Positions 31,534 through 42,296 of a DNA stretch of 64,000 nucleotides are shown piece by piece. The notes beneath the pieces were generated by a model. It saw only the letters and a program-made list of their open reading frames with translations, ran no database searches and was not told where the DNA came from. Position numbers and translations under genes: made by a program. Each line of letters opens with the position of its first letter. Positions within the stretch are counted from its first letter, which is position 1. The stretch spans positions 2,664 to 66,663 of the forward strand of contig JBKBHR010000015.1 of assembly GCA_046297575.1 (NCBI GenBank), read 5' to 3'. The stretch is from Erythrobacter cryptus (GTDB lineage: Bacteria > Pseudomonadota > Alphaproteobacteria > Sphingomonadales > Sphingomonadaceae).

Positions 31534-33009
31534 TCACCCCAATTTCCATTCCCAGCCCAGGGGATCGCCGTCCATCACCTCGACGCCTGCGGCGGCAAGC
31601 TCGGCGCGGATGGCATCGGCAGCGGCGAAATCCCTGGCGGCGCGGGCCTCGTTGCGACGGGCGAGCGCGGCGGCGATCTCATCCTCGGTGACGGCGGCGT
31701 CCTTGGGGCGGATGCGCAAATCCGCGCGGGTGAGGCTGAGAAGATCAAGGCCGAGCACGCTGTCGATCTCGGCGATGGCCGCGCGCTTGGCAGCGGGATC
31801 GACCTTCTTCATACCCAGCACCTCCTCGAGCGCGGTCAGGGCCACCGGGGTGTTGAGATCATCGCTGATCGCCTCGGCAAACCGTGCCATGGCCGGCGCG
31901 AGTTTGGGATGGGTTGCGCCCGCCTGCGGCGCCACATCGGCGAGCGGGGCGGCGGCCATCACCATGCGCTTGAGGCGCGTGAGCGCGGCGCCGAGGCCCT
32001 CCCAGGAAAACTCGAGTTCCGAGCGATAATGCGCAGCAAGGCACATCAGCCGATAGGCAAGCGGGTGATAGCCCCGGTCGATCAGCAATTTGAGGCGCAG
32101 GAACTCGCCTGAGGACTTGCTCATCTTGCCCGCGCGTTCGACGAGGAAATTGTTGTGCATCCAGAACCTTGCGCCCGAATTCGTTGGCTCATCGAGGCCG
32201 TTGGTGCAGCAATGGGCCTGGTTCTGGGCGATCTCGTTGGGGTGGTGGATCTCGCGGTGGTCGATCCCGCCGGTGTGGATGTCGAAGGGAAAGCCCAGCA
32301 CCGCCCCGCTCATCACGCTGCATTCGAGGTGCCAGCCCGGGGCGCCGCGGCCCCAGGGGCTGTCCCACTCCATCTGGCGTTTCTCGCCCGGCGGGGTCTT
32401 GCGCCAGATGGCAAAATCAGCCGGGTTGCGCTTGCCCGCCACCGGCTCGATCCGGCTTTCGCCCTCATTGGTCTGCGCCCGGGCAAGCCGGCCATAATCG
32501 GCCACGGTCGAAACGTCGAAATAAAGCCCGCTCTCAAGCTCGTAGCAGTGCTTGGCGGCAATGGTTTGCGCAAAGGCGATCATCTGCGGGACATAATCGG
32601 TCGCCACCGTCCAATACGAAGGCTCGCTCCGGCCTTCCTTCATCGGCCCGCGGATGTTGAGCGCGCGCACATCGGCCCAATAGGCCTGTTTGTAATGTTC
32701 GGCGATGTCCCAGATCGATTGGGCCTTCTCGGCCGCCATCTTCTCCATCTTGTCCTCACCCGCATCGGCATCATCGGTAAGGTGGCCGACATCGGTGATG
32801 TTGATCACATGGGTGAGGCGGTAGCCCTTCCAGCTCAGCGTGCGCCCCAGCACATCGGCAAAGACGTAAGCGCGCATGTTGCCGATGTGGGGGTAGTTAT
32901 AGACCGTCGGCCCGCAGGTATAGACCCGCGCCTCGCCCGGGTGCACGGGCGCGAACACCTCCAGCCTGCGGGTGAGCGAGTTGTAGAGCGTGAGCGGCGC
33001 GTCGGTCAT
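31534..33009 (-). CDS. cysS: Cysteine--tRNA ligase
   Basis: CGPTVY, HIGN, PGWHLECS, KMSKS. Start at ATG 33009. Confidence 0.96.
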   Translation of the reverse strand: MTDAPLTLYNSLTRRLEVFAPVHPGEARVYTCGPTVYNYPHIGNMRAYVFADVLGRTLSWKGYRLTHVINITDVGHLTDDADAGEDKMEKMAAEKAQSIWDIAEHYKQAYWADVRALNIRGPMKEGRSEPSYWTVATDYVPQMIAFAQTIAAKHCYELESGLYFDVSTVADYGRLARAQTNEGESRIEPVAGKRNPADFAIWRKTPPGEKRQMEWDSPWGRGAPGWHLECSVMSGAVLGFPFDIHTGGIDHREIHHPNEIAQNQAHCCTNGLDEPTNSGARFWMHNNFLVERAGKMSKSSGEFLRLKLLIDRGYHPLAYRLMCLAAHYRSELEFSWEGLGAALTRLKRMVMAAAPLADVAPQAGATHPKLAPAMARFAEAISDDLNTPVALTALEEVLGMKKVDPAAKRAAIAEIDSVLGLDLLSLTRADLRIRPKDAAVTEDEIAAALARRNEARAARDFAAADAIRAELAAAGVEVMDGDPLGWEWKLG

Positions 33010-33046
33010 GGCGGGAGTGCGCCTTTGCTTGCGCCGGCGCGCCGCG

Positions 33047-33709
33047 TCAATCCCAGCCGAGGAAGCGCACCTGCTCTTCCAGCGGCACCCGTTCGCGTTC
33101 AAAATTGTTCACCGGGGCATCCGGATCGCGGTAGCCGATCGCCATGCCGCAGAAGAACATCGTGCTTTGCGGATCGAGGCCGAGGAACGCGCGGATCTGC
33201 TTGGCATAGAAGGCCATGAATTCCTGGAAGCACGAATCCAGCCCCTCCTCGCGCAGCAGGAGGGCGATGGTCTGGAGCCACATGCCGGTGTCCGACCATT
33301 GCGGCTCGAGCATGAAGCGCGGGAAATAGCACAGGAGCAGCACCGGCGCGTCGAAATTGGTGGCGTTGCGCGCCATCGCCGCCATGCGCCCGGCGGCATC
33401 GTCGCGGGCGATGCCGAGCGCTTCGAACATCCTCGCCGAAACCCCGCCGAGCCGGGCCTTGTATTGCTCGTGCGCGGCGGGCGCATCCCAGCTGTATTCG
33501 AGCTCGCCGAGCGGCTGGCCGGCGATCATCGCGCGCAGATCGGCCAGCGGCTGGCCGGTGAGGATGGTGGCCTGCCAGGGCTGGTAGTTGCAGCCCGAAG
33601 GCGCCCAGCGGGCCTTGTCCATCACCCGGTGGATGACCTCGTAGGGCACCGGCCTGTCAAGAAACTGGCGGACGGAACGGCGGGTGGTGACGGCTTCGGT
33701 AACGGTCAT
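33047..33709 (-). CDS. Nitroreductase-family protein
   Basis: RRSVRQF, APSGCNYQPW, GMAIGY. Confidence 0.92.
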   Translation of the reverse strand: MTVTEAVTTRRSVRQFLDRPVPYEVIHRVMDKARWAPSGCNYQPWQATILTGQPLADLRAMIAGQPLGELEYSWDAPAAHEQYKARLGGVSARMFEALGIARDDAAGRMAAMARNATNFDAPVLLLCYFPRFMLEPQWSDTGMWLQTIALLLREEGLDSCFQEFMAFYAKQIRAFLGLDPQSTMFFCGMAIGYRDPDAPVNNFERERVPLEEQVRFLGWD

Positions 33710-34491
33710 TTCTTCTCGCTCTTGTCGTTGTCAAAAAGGGCAACAAGCCAGGCACGCGCCTGTCGCGAAGTCTCGCTCAGCCATCGGCCCGACTCGTTCC
33801 CCGCTGTCTGGATTGCTGCGCTCACTGCCTCGCCATATTCACCAGCAATGGTCGCGCCCGAAACTATCGAAGCCCCGATTGTCGTGGCAGCGTCTCTGGC
33901 CATGACAGATGCCTGTTGTGCAACAAGGATTGCTTTGTCGCTCACGGATTTTGTGATGTCGGCGATCGATCGGCCGAACATCGTCGCATATTCCGTGACC
34001 AGTGCCTTGAGCGAGCGCATCGTTTCGCTGTCAAGCAATCGTGTCAGACTGGATTCAACGTAGGAAATCAGGGATTTGATTAACTCGACGCCGACCTGTA
34101 GCCCATCCCGCAATTTCGCGAAGAAGCGCTCCCGCTCGTCTTCGCTCAGCGCGTGATAGCCGTAGAACAATGCGCCGATGGCCGCACAGGTGGCTGCGGT
34201 GGGATTGGTAAAGACAGCAGCAGTGCCGACCGTGACCGCTGCATCGAGAGAATTGCCCAGCATCAGCTGGCCCGCCGCAATGACTGCCGTAGATGCCATA
34301 TACCCGATGCCGAATCCGGCAGTCACTCCATCAAGCACTTGGCCGGTCTGCGCGATAATCGCCACATCGGAGGACTTCAGATGCGCGATATGCTCAGCAA
34401 AGAACATATTCAGGCTTGCAGGACCAAGCGCGGTTGCGCCGTATGATTTGGCAAGACTGATCACCATTGGCGCGACTTGGGATGCCAGCAT
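33706..34491 (-). CDS. Low-GC orphan protein with central hydrophobic hairpin
   Basis: 261-aa ORF, visibly lower GC; starts 3 nt after the cobT stop with GGAGG upstream; its TGA overlaps the nitroreductase ATG. Confidence 0.75.
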   Translation of the reverse strand: MLASQVAPMVISLAKSYGATALGPASLNMFFAEHIAHLKSSDVAIIAQTGQVLDGVTAGFGIGYMASTAVIAAGQLMLGNSLDAAVTVGTAAVFTNPTAATCAAIGALFYGYHALSEDERERFFAKLRDGLQVGVELIKSLISYVESSLTRLLDSETMRSLKALVTEYATMFGRSIADITKSVSDKAILVAQQASVMARDAATTIGASIVSGATIAGEYGEAVSAAIQTAGNESGRWLSETSRQARAWLVALFDNDKSEKK

Positions 34492-34494
34492 AGC

Positions 34495-36333
34495 TTATCT
34501 TGTCCTCCCACCCTTCTCATCCTCGAACAGCTCCGCCAGCTGCTCGATGATCGTGCCGCCGAGCTGTTCCACGTCCATGATCGTCACCGCGCGGCGATAA
34601 TAACGGGTGACATCGTGGCCGATGCCGATCGCCACCAATTCAACCGGCGAATGGCGCTCGATCCATGCGATCACGCTGCGCAGATGCGCCTCGAGATAGC
34701 CCGCGCTGTTCACCGACAGGGTTGAATCGTCCACCGGCGCGCCGTCGGAGATCACCATCAGGATGCGCCGCTCCTCGGGCCGGGCGAGCAGGCGGGCATG
34801 GGCCCACATCAGCGCCTCGCCGTCGATGTTCTCTTTCAGCAGCCCCTCGCGCATCATCAGCCCGAGATTGCGCCGCGCCCGGCGCCAGGGCTCGTCGGCC
34901 TGCTTGTAGATGATGTGGCGAAGATCATTGAGGCGCCCGGGGTTGGGCGGCTTGCCATCGGCGAGCCAGGCCTCGCGGCTCTGCCCGCCCTTCCACGCGC
35001 GGGTGGTAAAGCCGAGGATCTCGGTCTTGACCCCGCAGCGCTCGAGCGTGCGCGCCAGAATGTCGGCGCTGATCGCGGCGATGCTGATGGGCCGCCCGCG
35101 CATCGAGCCCGAATTGTCGATCAGCAGGGTGACGATGGTGTCCTTGAACTCCACGTCGCGCTCGACCTTGTAGGAAAGCGCGGTGCCGGGCGAGACGATC
35201 ACCCGGGCGAGGCGCGCGGCATCGAGCACGCCTTCCTCCTGATCGAAATCCCAGCTGCGGCTTTGCTGCGCCATCAACCGGCGCTGCAGGCGGTTGGCAA
35301 GCCGCGTCACCACGCTCTGCAGGCCGGTGAGCTGGCTGTCGAGATAGGCGCGCAGGCGATCAAGCTCATCCGGATCGCACAAGTCGCTCGCCGCCACCTC
35401 CTCGTCGAAGCGGGTGGTGTAGGCGCGGTAGTCCAGCCCCGCCGGGATCTCGCCCTGCGGCCGGTTGGGGCGCAGCGGGGCCTTGGCGCCATCGCCATCC
35501 TCGCCCGGATCGCCCTCGGCCAGCTCGCTGGTCGCCTCGGCCTCGGCGCTCTGCTCGCCATCGCCCTCGCCTTCGGCCATCTCGCCGGCCATCTCGGCGG
35601 CCTGGGGATCGCCGGCGCCCTCGCTCTCGTCCTCGCCCGCGCTCTCGTCGCTCGGCGCGTCCGCGTCATCGGGGGTGTCGTTCTCACCGGCATCGGGGGC
35701 ATCGGCGGGCCGGGTCAGCTCAAGCTCGCGCAGCATGTCGAGCGCGAGCTGCTGGAAGGCCGCCTGATCGCCCATGCGCTCGGCCAGGCCGGCAAGATCG
35801 CCCCCGACCTTCTCCTCGAGATAATCGCGCACCAGCGCGATCCCGCCGCGCGCCTTTTCGGGCACGGCCTCGCCGGTCAGCGCCTCGCGCACCAGCAGCG
35901 CGAGCGCGGTCTGCAGCGGCACCTCGGCAGAGTTCTGCGCCCGCACGATCTTGTCGGAAGCGGTGCGCAGTTCGGTCGCGGCATCGAGATTGGCCTTGAT
36001 CCCGCCGAAGCGGTTGGCCCCCAGCGCCTCGTAACGCACCTGCTCGATCGCGTCATAGCAGGCCCTTGCGATCGGCTCGGGCGGGGCGGCGCGGGCGTGG
36101 AGCGCGGGATCGTGGTGGCGCAGCTTGAGGGCAAAGCTGTCGGCAAAGCCGCGCGCCTCGCGCACCTGCTCTGCCGGCAGGTCACGCCCGGGCAGCGGCA
36201 CGCGGAAGCGGTTGCCCGTGCTTCCCGGGGCATCGGCGCTCCAGGCGATCTCGACCTCGCCATCGCGCGCGATTGCGCGGCTCGCGCCGGTGAGCGCCTG
36301 CTTGAAGCGATCGAGCGGGGATTGTTCGGCCAT
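34495..36333 (-). CDS. cobT: Cobaltochelatase subunit CobT (VWA domain)
   Basis: CobT N-domain, acidic linker, [30 protein letters not shown]. Start at ATG 36333. Confidence 0.92.
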   Translation of the reverse strand: MAEQSPLDRFKQALTGASRAIARDGEVEIAWSADAPGSTGNRFRVPLPGRDLPAEQVREARGFADSFALKLRHHDPALHARAAPPEPIARACYDAIEQVRYEALGANRFGGIKANLDAATELRTASDKIVRAQNSAEVPLQTALALLVREALTGEAVPEKARGGIALVRDYLEEKVGGDLAGLAERMGDQAAFQQLALDMLRELELTRPADAPDAGENDTPDDADAPSDESAGEDESEGAGDPQAAEMAGEMAEGEGDGEQSAEAEATSELAEGDPGEDGDGAKAPLRPNRPQGEIPAGLDYRAYTTRFDEEVAASDLCDPDELDRLRAYLDSQLTGLQSVVTRLANRLQRRLMAQQSRSWDFDQEEGVLDAARLARVIVSPGTALSYKVERDVEFKDTIVTLLIDNSGSMRGRPISIAAISADILARTLERCGVKTEILGFTTRAWKGGQSREAWLADGKPPNPGRLNDLRHIIYKQADEPWRRARRNLGLMMREGLLKENIDGEALMWAHARLLARPEERRILMVISDGAPVDDSTLSVNSAGYLEAHLRSVIAWIERHSPVELVAIGIGHDVTRYYRRAVTIMDVEQLGGTIIEQLAELFEDEKGGRTR

Positions 36334-36347
36334 GGGCTTGGGGCGCG

Positions 36348-37001
36348 CTAGAGGATGCTCTGGCCGGTCCTGGCCCAATCGGCAAGGAAGCCCTCGATCC
36401 CCTTGTCGGTGAGCACGTGGCGGAACAGCGCGTGGATCACCGCCGGCGGCGCGGTCATCACGTCGGCGCCGATGCGCGCGGCCTCGAGCACATGGTTGGT
36501 GTGGCGCACGCTTGCCACCAAGATCTCGGTGGCAAAGGCGTAATTGTCATAGATGAGGCGGATGTCGCGGATCAGCTCCATCCCGTCAAAGCCATTGTCG
36601 TCATGCCGACCGACGAAGGGCGAGACGAAAGTCGCCCCGGCCTTGGCCGCCAGCAGCGCCTGGTTGGCCGAAAAGCACAGCGTGACATTGACCATGGTGC
36701 CATCGCCGGTGAGCGCCTTGCAGGTCTTGAGGCCATCGACGGTGAGCGGCACCTTGATGCAGACATTGTCGGCGATCTTGCGCAGCACCTCGGCCTCTTT
36801 CATCATCGTGGCGTGATCGAGCGCCACCACCTCGGCGCTCACCGGGCCATCGACGATGCGGCAGATCTCGGCGGTCACTTCCTTGAAATCGCGGCCCGAC
36901 TTGGCGATCAGCGAGGGGTTGGTCGTCACCCCGTCGAGCAGCCCGGTGGCGGCCAGGTCACGGATCGCCTCGATCTCGGCAGTGTCGACGAAGAATTTCA
37001 T
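36348..37001 (-). CDS. tal: Transaldolase / fructose-6-phosphate aldolase (class 3)
   Basis: [22 protein letters not shown] (Schiff-base Lys), SPFVGR, ASVRH. Start at ATG 37001. Confidence 0.92.
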   Translation of the reverse strand: MKFFVDTAEIEAIRDLAATGLLDGVTTNPSLIAKSGRDFKEVTAEICRIVDGPVSAEVVALDHATMMKEAEVLRKIADNVCIKVPLTVDGLKTCKALTGDGTMVNVTLCFSANQALLAAKAGATFVSPFVGRHDDNGFDGMELIRDIRLIYDNYAFATEILVASVRHTNHVLEAARIGADVMTAPPAVIHALFRHVLTDKGIEGFLADWARTGQSIL

Positions 37002-37061
37002 GCAAGCTCTCTTTTCGGATTCCTGTGGCGGGCGCAGCGCGCGGCGGCTAAGCGCCGCGGC

Positions 37062-37718
37062 GTGACTCAGCCCGCCGCGCGATGCCTGCTCCTGCTTGCC
37101 GCCAGCTTTGCCGCTTGGCAACCATCCAAAGCGCGCGCCGCGGATGAGGATGTGCAGCTGTGGCTCTATGCGGTTGCCGTTACCGACCTCGACGATGATA
37201 CCAGGCTGACCTTCGATGCCTCGGCGCGCTGGCGCGAACAGCGCCGCGGCGACGAACAGCAGACCATCCGCTTCAATCTCGAACAGACCATCGCCAAGGG
37301 CACCCGCATCGGCGGCGGCGTGGCGCTGTTCGATGCCGGCGGGCAGACCGAGATCCGCCCGCACCAGGAGATCACCTTCACCACCGGGCGCCTGGCGCTG
37401 CGCACCCGGTTGGAGGAGCGCTTCTTCGACGGCGCCGAGCGCGTGGAGCTGCGCTTGCGCCAGCGCGCGCGCTACACCCTGCCGCTGACCGAGAGGCTCG
37501 ATGCGCGCTTCGATGCGGAATATTTCAACCTCCTCCGGACCCAGTCGCGCCGCCCCGGCCTTGCCCGCGATCAGTGGCGCGGGCGGGTGGAACTGGGCTG
37601 GCGGGCAAGCAGGGCGCTGCGCCTCTCGCTCGCCTATCTCGGCATCTACACCCCCACCCCGACGGGGCGCGACATCTACAACCACGTGCCGCAGGTGTGG
37701 GTGGAATACCGCTTCTGA
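37062..37718 (+). CDS. DUF2490-like outer-membrane beta-barrel protein
   Basis: Signal peptide, alternating beta pattern, EIRPHQE, R.RLEERF, RLRQR.R, C-terminal aromatic YRF. GTG start inferred. Confidence 0.7.
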   Translation: MTQPAARCLLLLAASFAAWQPSKARAADEDVQLWLYAVAVTDLDDDTRLTFDASARWREQRRGDEQQTIRFNLEQTIAKGTRIGGGVALFDAGGQTEIRPHQEITFTTGRLALRTRLEERFFDGAERVELRLRQRARYTLPLTERLDARFDAEYFNLLRTQSRRPGLARDQWRGRVELGWRASRALRLSLAYLGIYTPTPTGRDIYNHVPQVWVEYRF

Positions 37719-37721
37719 CCG

Positions 37722-38447
37722 CTAGAGCCGCCGGCCCACGCCGAACACGCCGATCAGCAACGGATCGCGGGTGGCCGCGGGGTCGGCGCGGATCGCGGCT
37801 TCCTCGCGGGCGATCGCAGCCCAGATCGCATCCTCGATGGCGCGGCCGAAGCGTTCGGCCATCCCCGCAACCTCGGGCCCGGCGAGCAGCGCGACCACAT
37901 CACCGATCAGCGGATCGCGGCTGAGGCGGAGCGCCTCGCCCAGCTCGGGCAGCATCGCATCGATCAGCGCGCTGCCCATCTCGGCGCGCAGGTAAGCGCT
38001 CGCCGCATCGGGCCCGCCGCGGATGATGGCCAGCGCGTTCCGCACCCCGATCACCCGCACCGCATCGGCCACCACCGGGGCGGCGCGAGAGGAAGCATCG
38101 ATGGCCAGATCGGCAAGCCGCGCCTCGAGCTCGGTGCGGATGCGCGCGGAGCCGAGGATGCGCGCCAGCACCTCGCCGCGCCCGCCCAGGAGCGCGGGCA
38201 GATCGAGCCGGGCGATCTGCTCGTCCCACAGGCCCCCCGGCGCGGTCAGCCGGGCAAAGGCGTTTTCGCTCGCCACCAGCAGCAACCGGCGCACCGCTTC
38301 CTCAAGGCTCAAGGGCGCAGCCGTGCTGGCGCAGCCGGGCAGCAGCGCCAGGCCCCCAAGCGCCGCGGCCCCGGCGATGAGCTGGCGGCGGGTGGACAGC
38401 GGCGCGCTGCCGGGCCGGGCGAGGGGCAGGGCAATGGGCATGGTCAT
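37722..38447 (-). CDS. DUF4197-like lipoprotein (Tat-type signal)
   Basis: STRRQLIAG...LPGC lipobox; C-terminal IAREEAAIRADP...DPLL pattern. Confidence 0.7.
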   Translation of the reverse strand: MTMPIALPLARPGSAPLSTRRQLIAGAAALGGLALLPGCASTAAPLSLEEAVRRLLLVASENAFARLTAPGGLWDEQIARLDLPALLGGRGEVLARILGSARIRTELEARLADLAIDASSRAAPVVADAVRVIGVRNALAIIRGGPDAASAYLRAEMGSALIDAMLPELGEALRLSRDPLIGDVVALLAGPEVAGMAERFGRAIEDAIWAAIAREEAAIRADPAATRDPLLIGVFGVGRRL

Positions 38448-38502
38448 AAGTCGGGCATCCCTCCTTGCCTCACCGCTTTGCCCCGCCCCATATGGCGCCA
38501 GG

Positions 38503-40671
38503 ATGAACCGCGTGCGCCTCCTTGTCCTCAATGCCGCGCTCGGCCCGCTCGATTATCGCCTGCCCGAGGGCATGGAGGCGCCGGCCGGCAGCGTGGTGGT
38601 GGCCCCGCTCGGGCCGCGCAAGGTGACGGGGATCGTGTGGGACGAGGGCGCCCTGCCCGGCGATCCGGTGGCGCCGGAGCGGCTGCGCCCGATCCTCGAG
38701 GTGCTCGCCGTCCCCCCGCTCGCCGCGCCCCTGCGGCGCCTGATCGAATGGACCGCGGATTATTATTGCGCGCCCCTCGCCAGCGTCGCGCGCATGGCGC
38801 TGGCGAGCGGCGGCGCTTTGGCCGGGCCGCACCGTATCACCGAATACCGGCTCGCCGCCGCCCCGGCGCCCGCACGCCTCACGCCGAAGCGCAAGGCGGC
38901 GATGGAACGGCTGGCGGGCGCGCAGGGCAGCCTGCGCGAGCTTGCCGCCCTTGCCGGGGTGTCCGAGGGCGTGCTGCGCGGCATGATCAGCGCCGGGCTG
39001 ATCGAGCCGGTCAGCGTCGCGATCGACCGGCCCTTCCCCCGGCTCGATCCCGATCACGCGCCGAGCGCGCTTTCGGCCGAGCAGGCCGCGGTCGCCGCGC
39101 GGCTCACCGCCGCGGTCAGGGCCGCGGACTTTGCCCCCTTCCTTCTCGATGGCGTCACCGGATCGGGCAAGACCGAGACCTATTTCGAACCCATCGCCGC
39201 CGCGCTCGCCATGGGCCGGCAGGTGCTGGTGCTGCTGCCCGAGATCGCGCTCACCGAAAACGTGCTCACCCGCTTTGCCGCGCGCTTCGGCGCCGTGCCG
39301 GTGCTGTGGCATTCCTCGCTGAAAGCGAGCCAGCGCCGCCGCGCCTGGCGCGCGATTGCCGATGGAACCGCGCAGGTGATCGTCGGCGCGCGCTCGGCGC
39401 TGTTCCTGCCCTATGCCCGGCTCGGGCTGATCGTGGTGGACGAGGCCCATGAGGTCAGCTTCAAGCAGGATGACGGGGTGCGCTACAACGCCCGCGACGT
39501 GGCGGTGATGCGCGCCCGGTTCGAGCGCGTGCCGGTGATCCTCGCCAGCGCCACCCCGGCGCTCGAAAGCCTGCACATGGCCGCGATCGGGGTCTATCAG
39601 CGCTGCGAACTGCCGCGCCGCTTTGGCGGGGCGAGCCTGCCGCGCGTGCGCCTCATCGATCTCACCCGCGATCAGCCGGGGCGCCAGCGCTGGCTGGCTG
39701 CGCCGCTGGTCGAGGCCCTGAGCGCGCGGCTCGAGCGGGGCGAACAGGCGCTGCTGTTCCTCAATCGCCGCGGCTATGCCCCGCTCACCCTGTGCCGCAA
39801 TTGCGGGCACCGCTTCAAATGCCCGGCGTGCAGCGCCTGGCTGGTCGAGCACCGCCTCTCGGCCCGGCTGGCCTGCCACCATTGCGGCTTCGAGGCGCGC
39901 GTGCCCGGCGCCTGCCCCGAATGTGGCGAGGCCGATTGCCTGGTTGCCTGCGGCCCCGGGGTCGAGCGCATCGCCGAGGAGGTGCGCGGCCTGTTCCCCG
40001 AGGCGCGCCTGGCCATCGCCACCTCGGACACGCTCGGCAGCCCCGAGCGCGCCGCGCGGTTCATCGCCGAGGCCGAGAACAAGGCGATCGACATCATCAT
40101 CGGCACCCAGCTGGTCACCAAGGGCTTCCACTTTCCCGAGCTGACGCTGGTCGGCGTCGTCGATGCGGACTTGGGCCTCGAAGGCGGGGATCTGCGCGCG
40201 GCCGAGCGCACCTATGCCCAGATCGCCCAGGTCGCCGGGCGCGCCGGGCGCGCGGCCAAGCCGGGCGAGGTGCTGATCCAGACCCGCCACCCGGACGCGC
40301 CGGTGATCGCGGCGCTGGCGAGCGGGGATCGCGATGCCTTCTACGCCGCCGAGACCGAGGACCGCCGCGCCGCCGGCGCCCCGCCCTTCGGACGCTGGGC
40401 GGCGATCATCCTCTCATCGCAAGACGAGAAGGAGGCGCGCGAGGCCGCCGCGCGCCTTAGCGAGGTGCGCCCGCAGCTGGGCGATATCGCCATCCTCGGC
40501 CCCGCCCCGGCACCGCTGGCGCTGCTGCGCGGGCGCTATCGCTTCCGCTTCCTCGTCAACGCGCGGCGCAGCGCCCCGCTGCAAGAGGTGCTGCGCACCT
40601 GGATCGCGCGCGTCCCCTTCGCCCCCGGGGTGCGGGTGGGGATCGATATCGATCCCTACAGCTTCGTCTGA
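38503..40671 (+). CDS. priA: Primosomal protein N' helicase
   Basis: GVTGSGKT, DEAH, two CxxC Zn knuckles, GTQLVTKG, QVAGRAGR. Start at ATG 38503. Confidence 0.96.
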   Translation: MNRVRLLVLNAALGPLDYRLPEGMEAPAGSVVVAPLGPRKVTGIVWDEGALPGDPVAPERLRPILEVLAVPPLAAPLRRLIEWTADYYCAPLASVARMALASGGALAGPHRITEYRLAAAPAPARLTPKRKAAMERLAGAQGSLRELAALAGVSEGVLRGMISAGLIEPVSVAIDRPFPRLDPDHAPSALSAEQAAVAARLTAAVRAADFAPFLLDGVTGSGKTETYFEPIAAALAMGRQVLVLLPEIALTENVLTRFAARFGAVPVLWHSSLKASQRRRAWRAIADGTAQVIVGARSALFLPYARLGLIVVDEAHEVSFKQDDGVRYNARDVAVMRARFERVPVILASATPALESLHMAAIGVYQRCELPRRFGGASLPRVRLIDLTRDQPGRQRWLAAPLVEALSARLERGEQALLFLNRRGYAPLTLCRNCGHRFKCPACSAWLVEHRLSARLACHHCGFEARVPGACPECGEADCLVACGPGVERIAEEVRGLFPEARLAIATSDTLGSPERAARFIAEAENKAIDIIIGTQLVTKGFHFPELTLVGVVDADLGLEGGDLRAAERTYAQIAQVAGRAGRAAKPGEVLIQTRHPDAPVIAALASGDRDAFYAAETEDRRAAGAPPFGRWAAIILSSQDEKEAREAAARLSEVRPQLGDIAILGPAPAPLALLRGRYRFRFLVNARRSAPLQEVLRTWIARVPFAPGVRVGIDIDPYSFV

Positions 40672-40713
40672 CCCCGCCTGAAACCGCGCCCGGCCCCCAA
40701 GCGTATCGCCGCC

Positions 40714-42273
40714 ATGCCCAGCCCCATTCTTGTCCCCATCCTCGGCGACCAGCTTTCGCATGGTCTGCCGAGCCTCGAGGGCCTCAGCCCCGCCGATGCC
40801 CGCATCCTGATGATGGAGGTGTGGGACGAGGCGACCTATGTGAAGCACCACAAGCAGAAGCTCGTGCTGATCTTCTCGGCCATGCGCCACTTTGCCCAAG
40901 AATTGCGCACGAAGGGCTTTGCGGTCGATTACGTCACGCTCGAGGATCCCGATAACAGCGGCAGCCTCACCGGCGAGGTTGCCCGCGCCGTCGAACGCCA
41001 TGCCCCGCGGGAAATCCGTGTCACCGAAAGCGGCGAGTGGCGCGTGGAACAGGCGCTGCACGAATGGCAGGGCCGCTTTGCCTGCCCCGTCACCATCCTG
41101 CCCGACACCCGCTTCATCGCCAGGCGCGCCGAGTTTGCCCGCTTTGCCGAAGGGCGCCGGCACCTCACCATGGAGCATTTCTACCGCGCCATGCGGCGCA
41201 AGACCGGCCTGCTGATGGAGGGCGCGCGCCCCGTGGGCGGGCAGTGGAACTATGATGCCGAAAACCGCGCGCCGCCGCGCGCGGGCCTCAAGCCCCCGCC
41301 CGCCCCCAAATTCGCCCCCGATGCCATCACCCGCGAGGTGATCGGCCTCGTGGCCAGGCGCTTTGCCGATCATTTCGGCGAGCTTGAACCCTTCGCCTGG
41401 CCGGTGACGCGCGCGCAAGCGCTCGCGGCCGCCGAGGCCTTCTTCACCGAGCGCCTTGCCCTGTTCGGCCCCTATCAGGACGCGATGATCGCAGGCGAGG
41501 ACGACCTTTATCATTCGCTGCTCTCGACCAGCCTCAATATCGGGCTGCTCGATCCGCTCGAGCTGTGCCGCCGGGCCGAGGCTGCCTATTTCGCGGGCAC
41601 GGCTCCGCTCAATTCCGTAGAGGGCTTCATCCGCCAGATCATCGGCTGGCGCGAGTATGTGCGCGGCTTCTACTGGCACCTGATGCCGGGCCTGGCCGAG
41701 GCCAATGAACTCAATGCCCACCGCCCCCTGCCCGAATTCTTCTGGACGGGCGAGACGGCGATGCGCTGCCTTGCCGATTGCCTGCGCACCACCCGCGAAG
41801 ATGCCCATGCCCACCACATCCAGCGGCTGATGGTGCTCGGCAATTTCTGCCTCATCGCCGGGATCAGCCCGCAGGCAGTGGCCGACTGGTATCTGGCCGT
41901 CTATGCCGATGCCTTCGAATGGGTGGAGCTGCCCAATGTCGCAGGGATGGTGCTCTATGCCGATGGCGGGCGCCTTGCGACCAAGCCCTATGCGGCCAGC
42001 GGGAATTACATCAACAAGATGAGCAATTACTGCTCTGCCTGCCGCTACAAGGTGGCGCACAAGACCGGCCCCGATGCCTGCCCCTTCAACGCGCTCTACT
42101 GGCATTTCATGGCGCGCAACCGTGCACGGCTTGAAAGTAACCACCGCATCGGGCGGATCTATGCCACCTGGGACCGGATGGGCCAAGGCAAGCAGGCGGA
42201 ATATCTGGAAACGGCCGAGAAATTTCTCGACTCGCTTGTGCCGGCGCGCAAAGGCTGGGCCAGAAACGCCTGA
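40714..42273 (+). CDS. FeS-cluster bacterial cryptochrome/(6-4) photolyase (PhrB/CryB class)
   Basis: ILGDQL, HKQK, WNYDAENR, HHIQRLMV, KPYAASGNYINKMSNYC; four Cys (LCRR, YCSAC, ACPFN). Confidence 0.9.
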   Translation: MPSPILVPILGDQLSHGLPSLEGLSPADARILMMEVWDEATYVKHHKQKLVLIFSAMRHFAQELRTKGFAVDYVTLEDPDNSGSLTGEVARAVERHAPREIRVTESGEWRVEQALHEWQGRFACPVTILPDTRFIARRAEFARFAEGRRHLTMEHFYRAMRRKTGLLMEGARPVGGQWNYDAENRAPPRAGLKPPPAPKFAPDAITREVIGLVARRFADHFGELEPFAWPVTRAQALAAAEAFFTERLALFGPYQDAMIAGEDDLYHSLLSTSLNIGLLDPLELCRRAEAAYFAGTAPLNSVEGFIRQIIGWREYVRGFYWHLMPGLAEANELNAHRPLPEFFWTGETAMRCLADCLRTTREDAHAHHIQRLMVLGNFCLIAGISPQAVADWYLAVYADAFEWVELPNVAGMVLYADGGRLATKPYAASGNYINKMSNYCSACRYKVAHKTGPDACPFNALYWHFMARNRARLESNHRIGRIYATWDRMGQGKQAEYLETAEKFLDSLVPARKGWARNA

Positions 42274-42296
42274 AGCAATGGACGAGGGAGAGAGCC

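Noticed and set aside
33720-34504. 7-bp direct repeat TCTTGTC near both ends of the low-GC insert as a target-site duplication
   Set aside because: It is short enough to arise by chance, removing the insert at these repeats does not restore a clean cobT stop, and no transposase is present.
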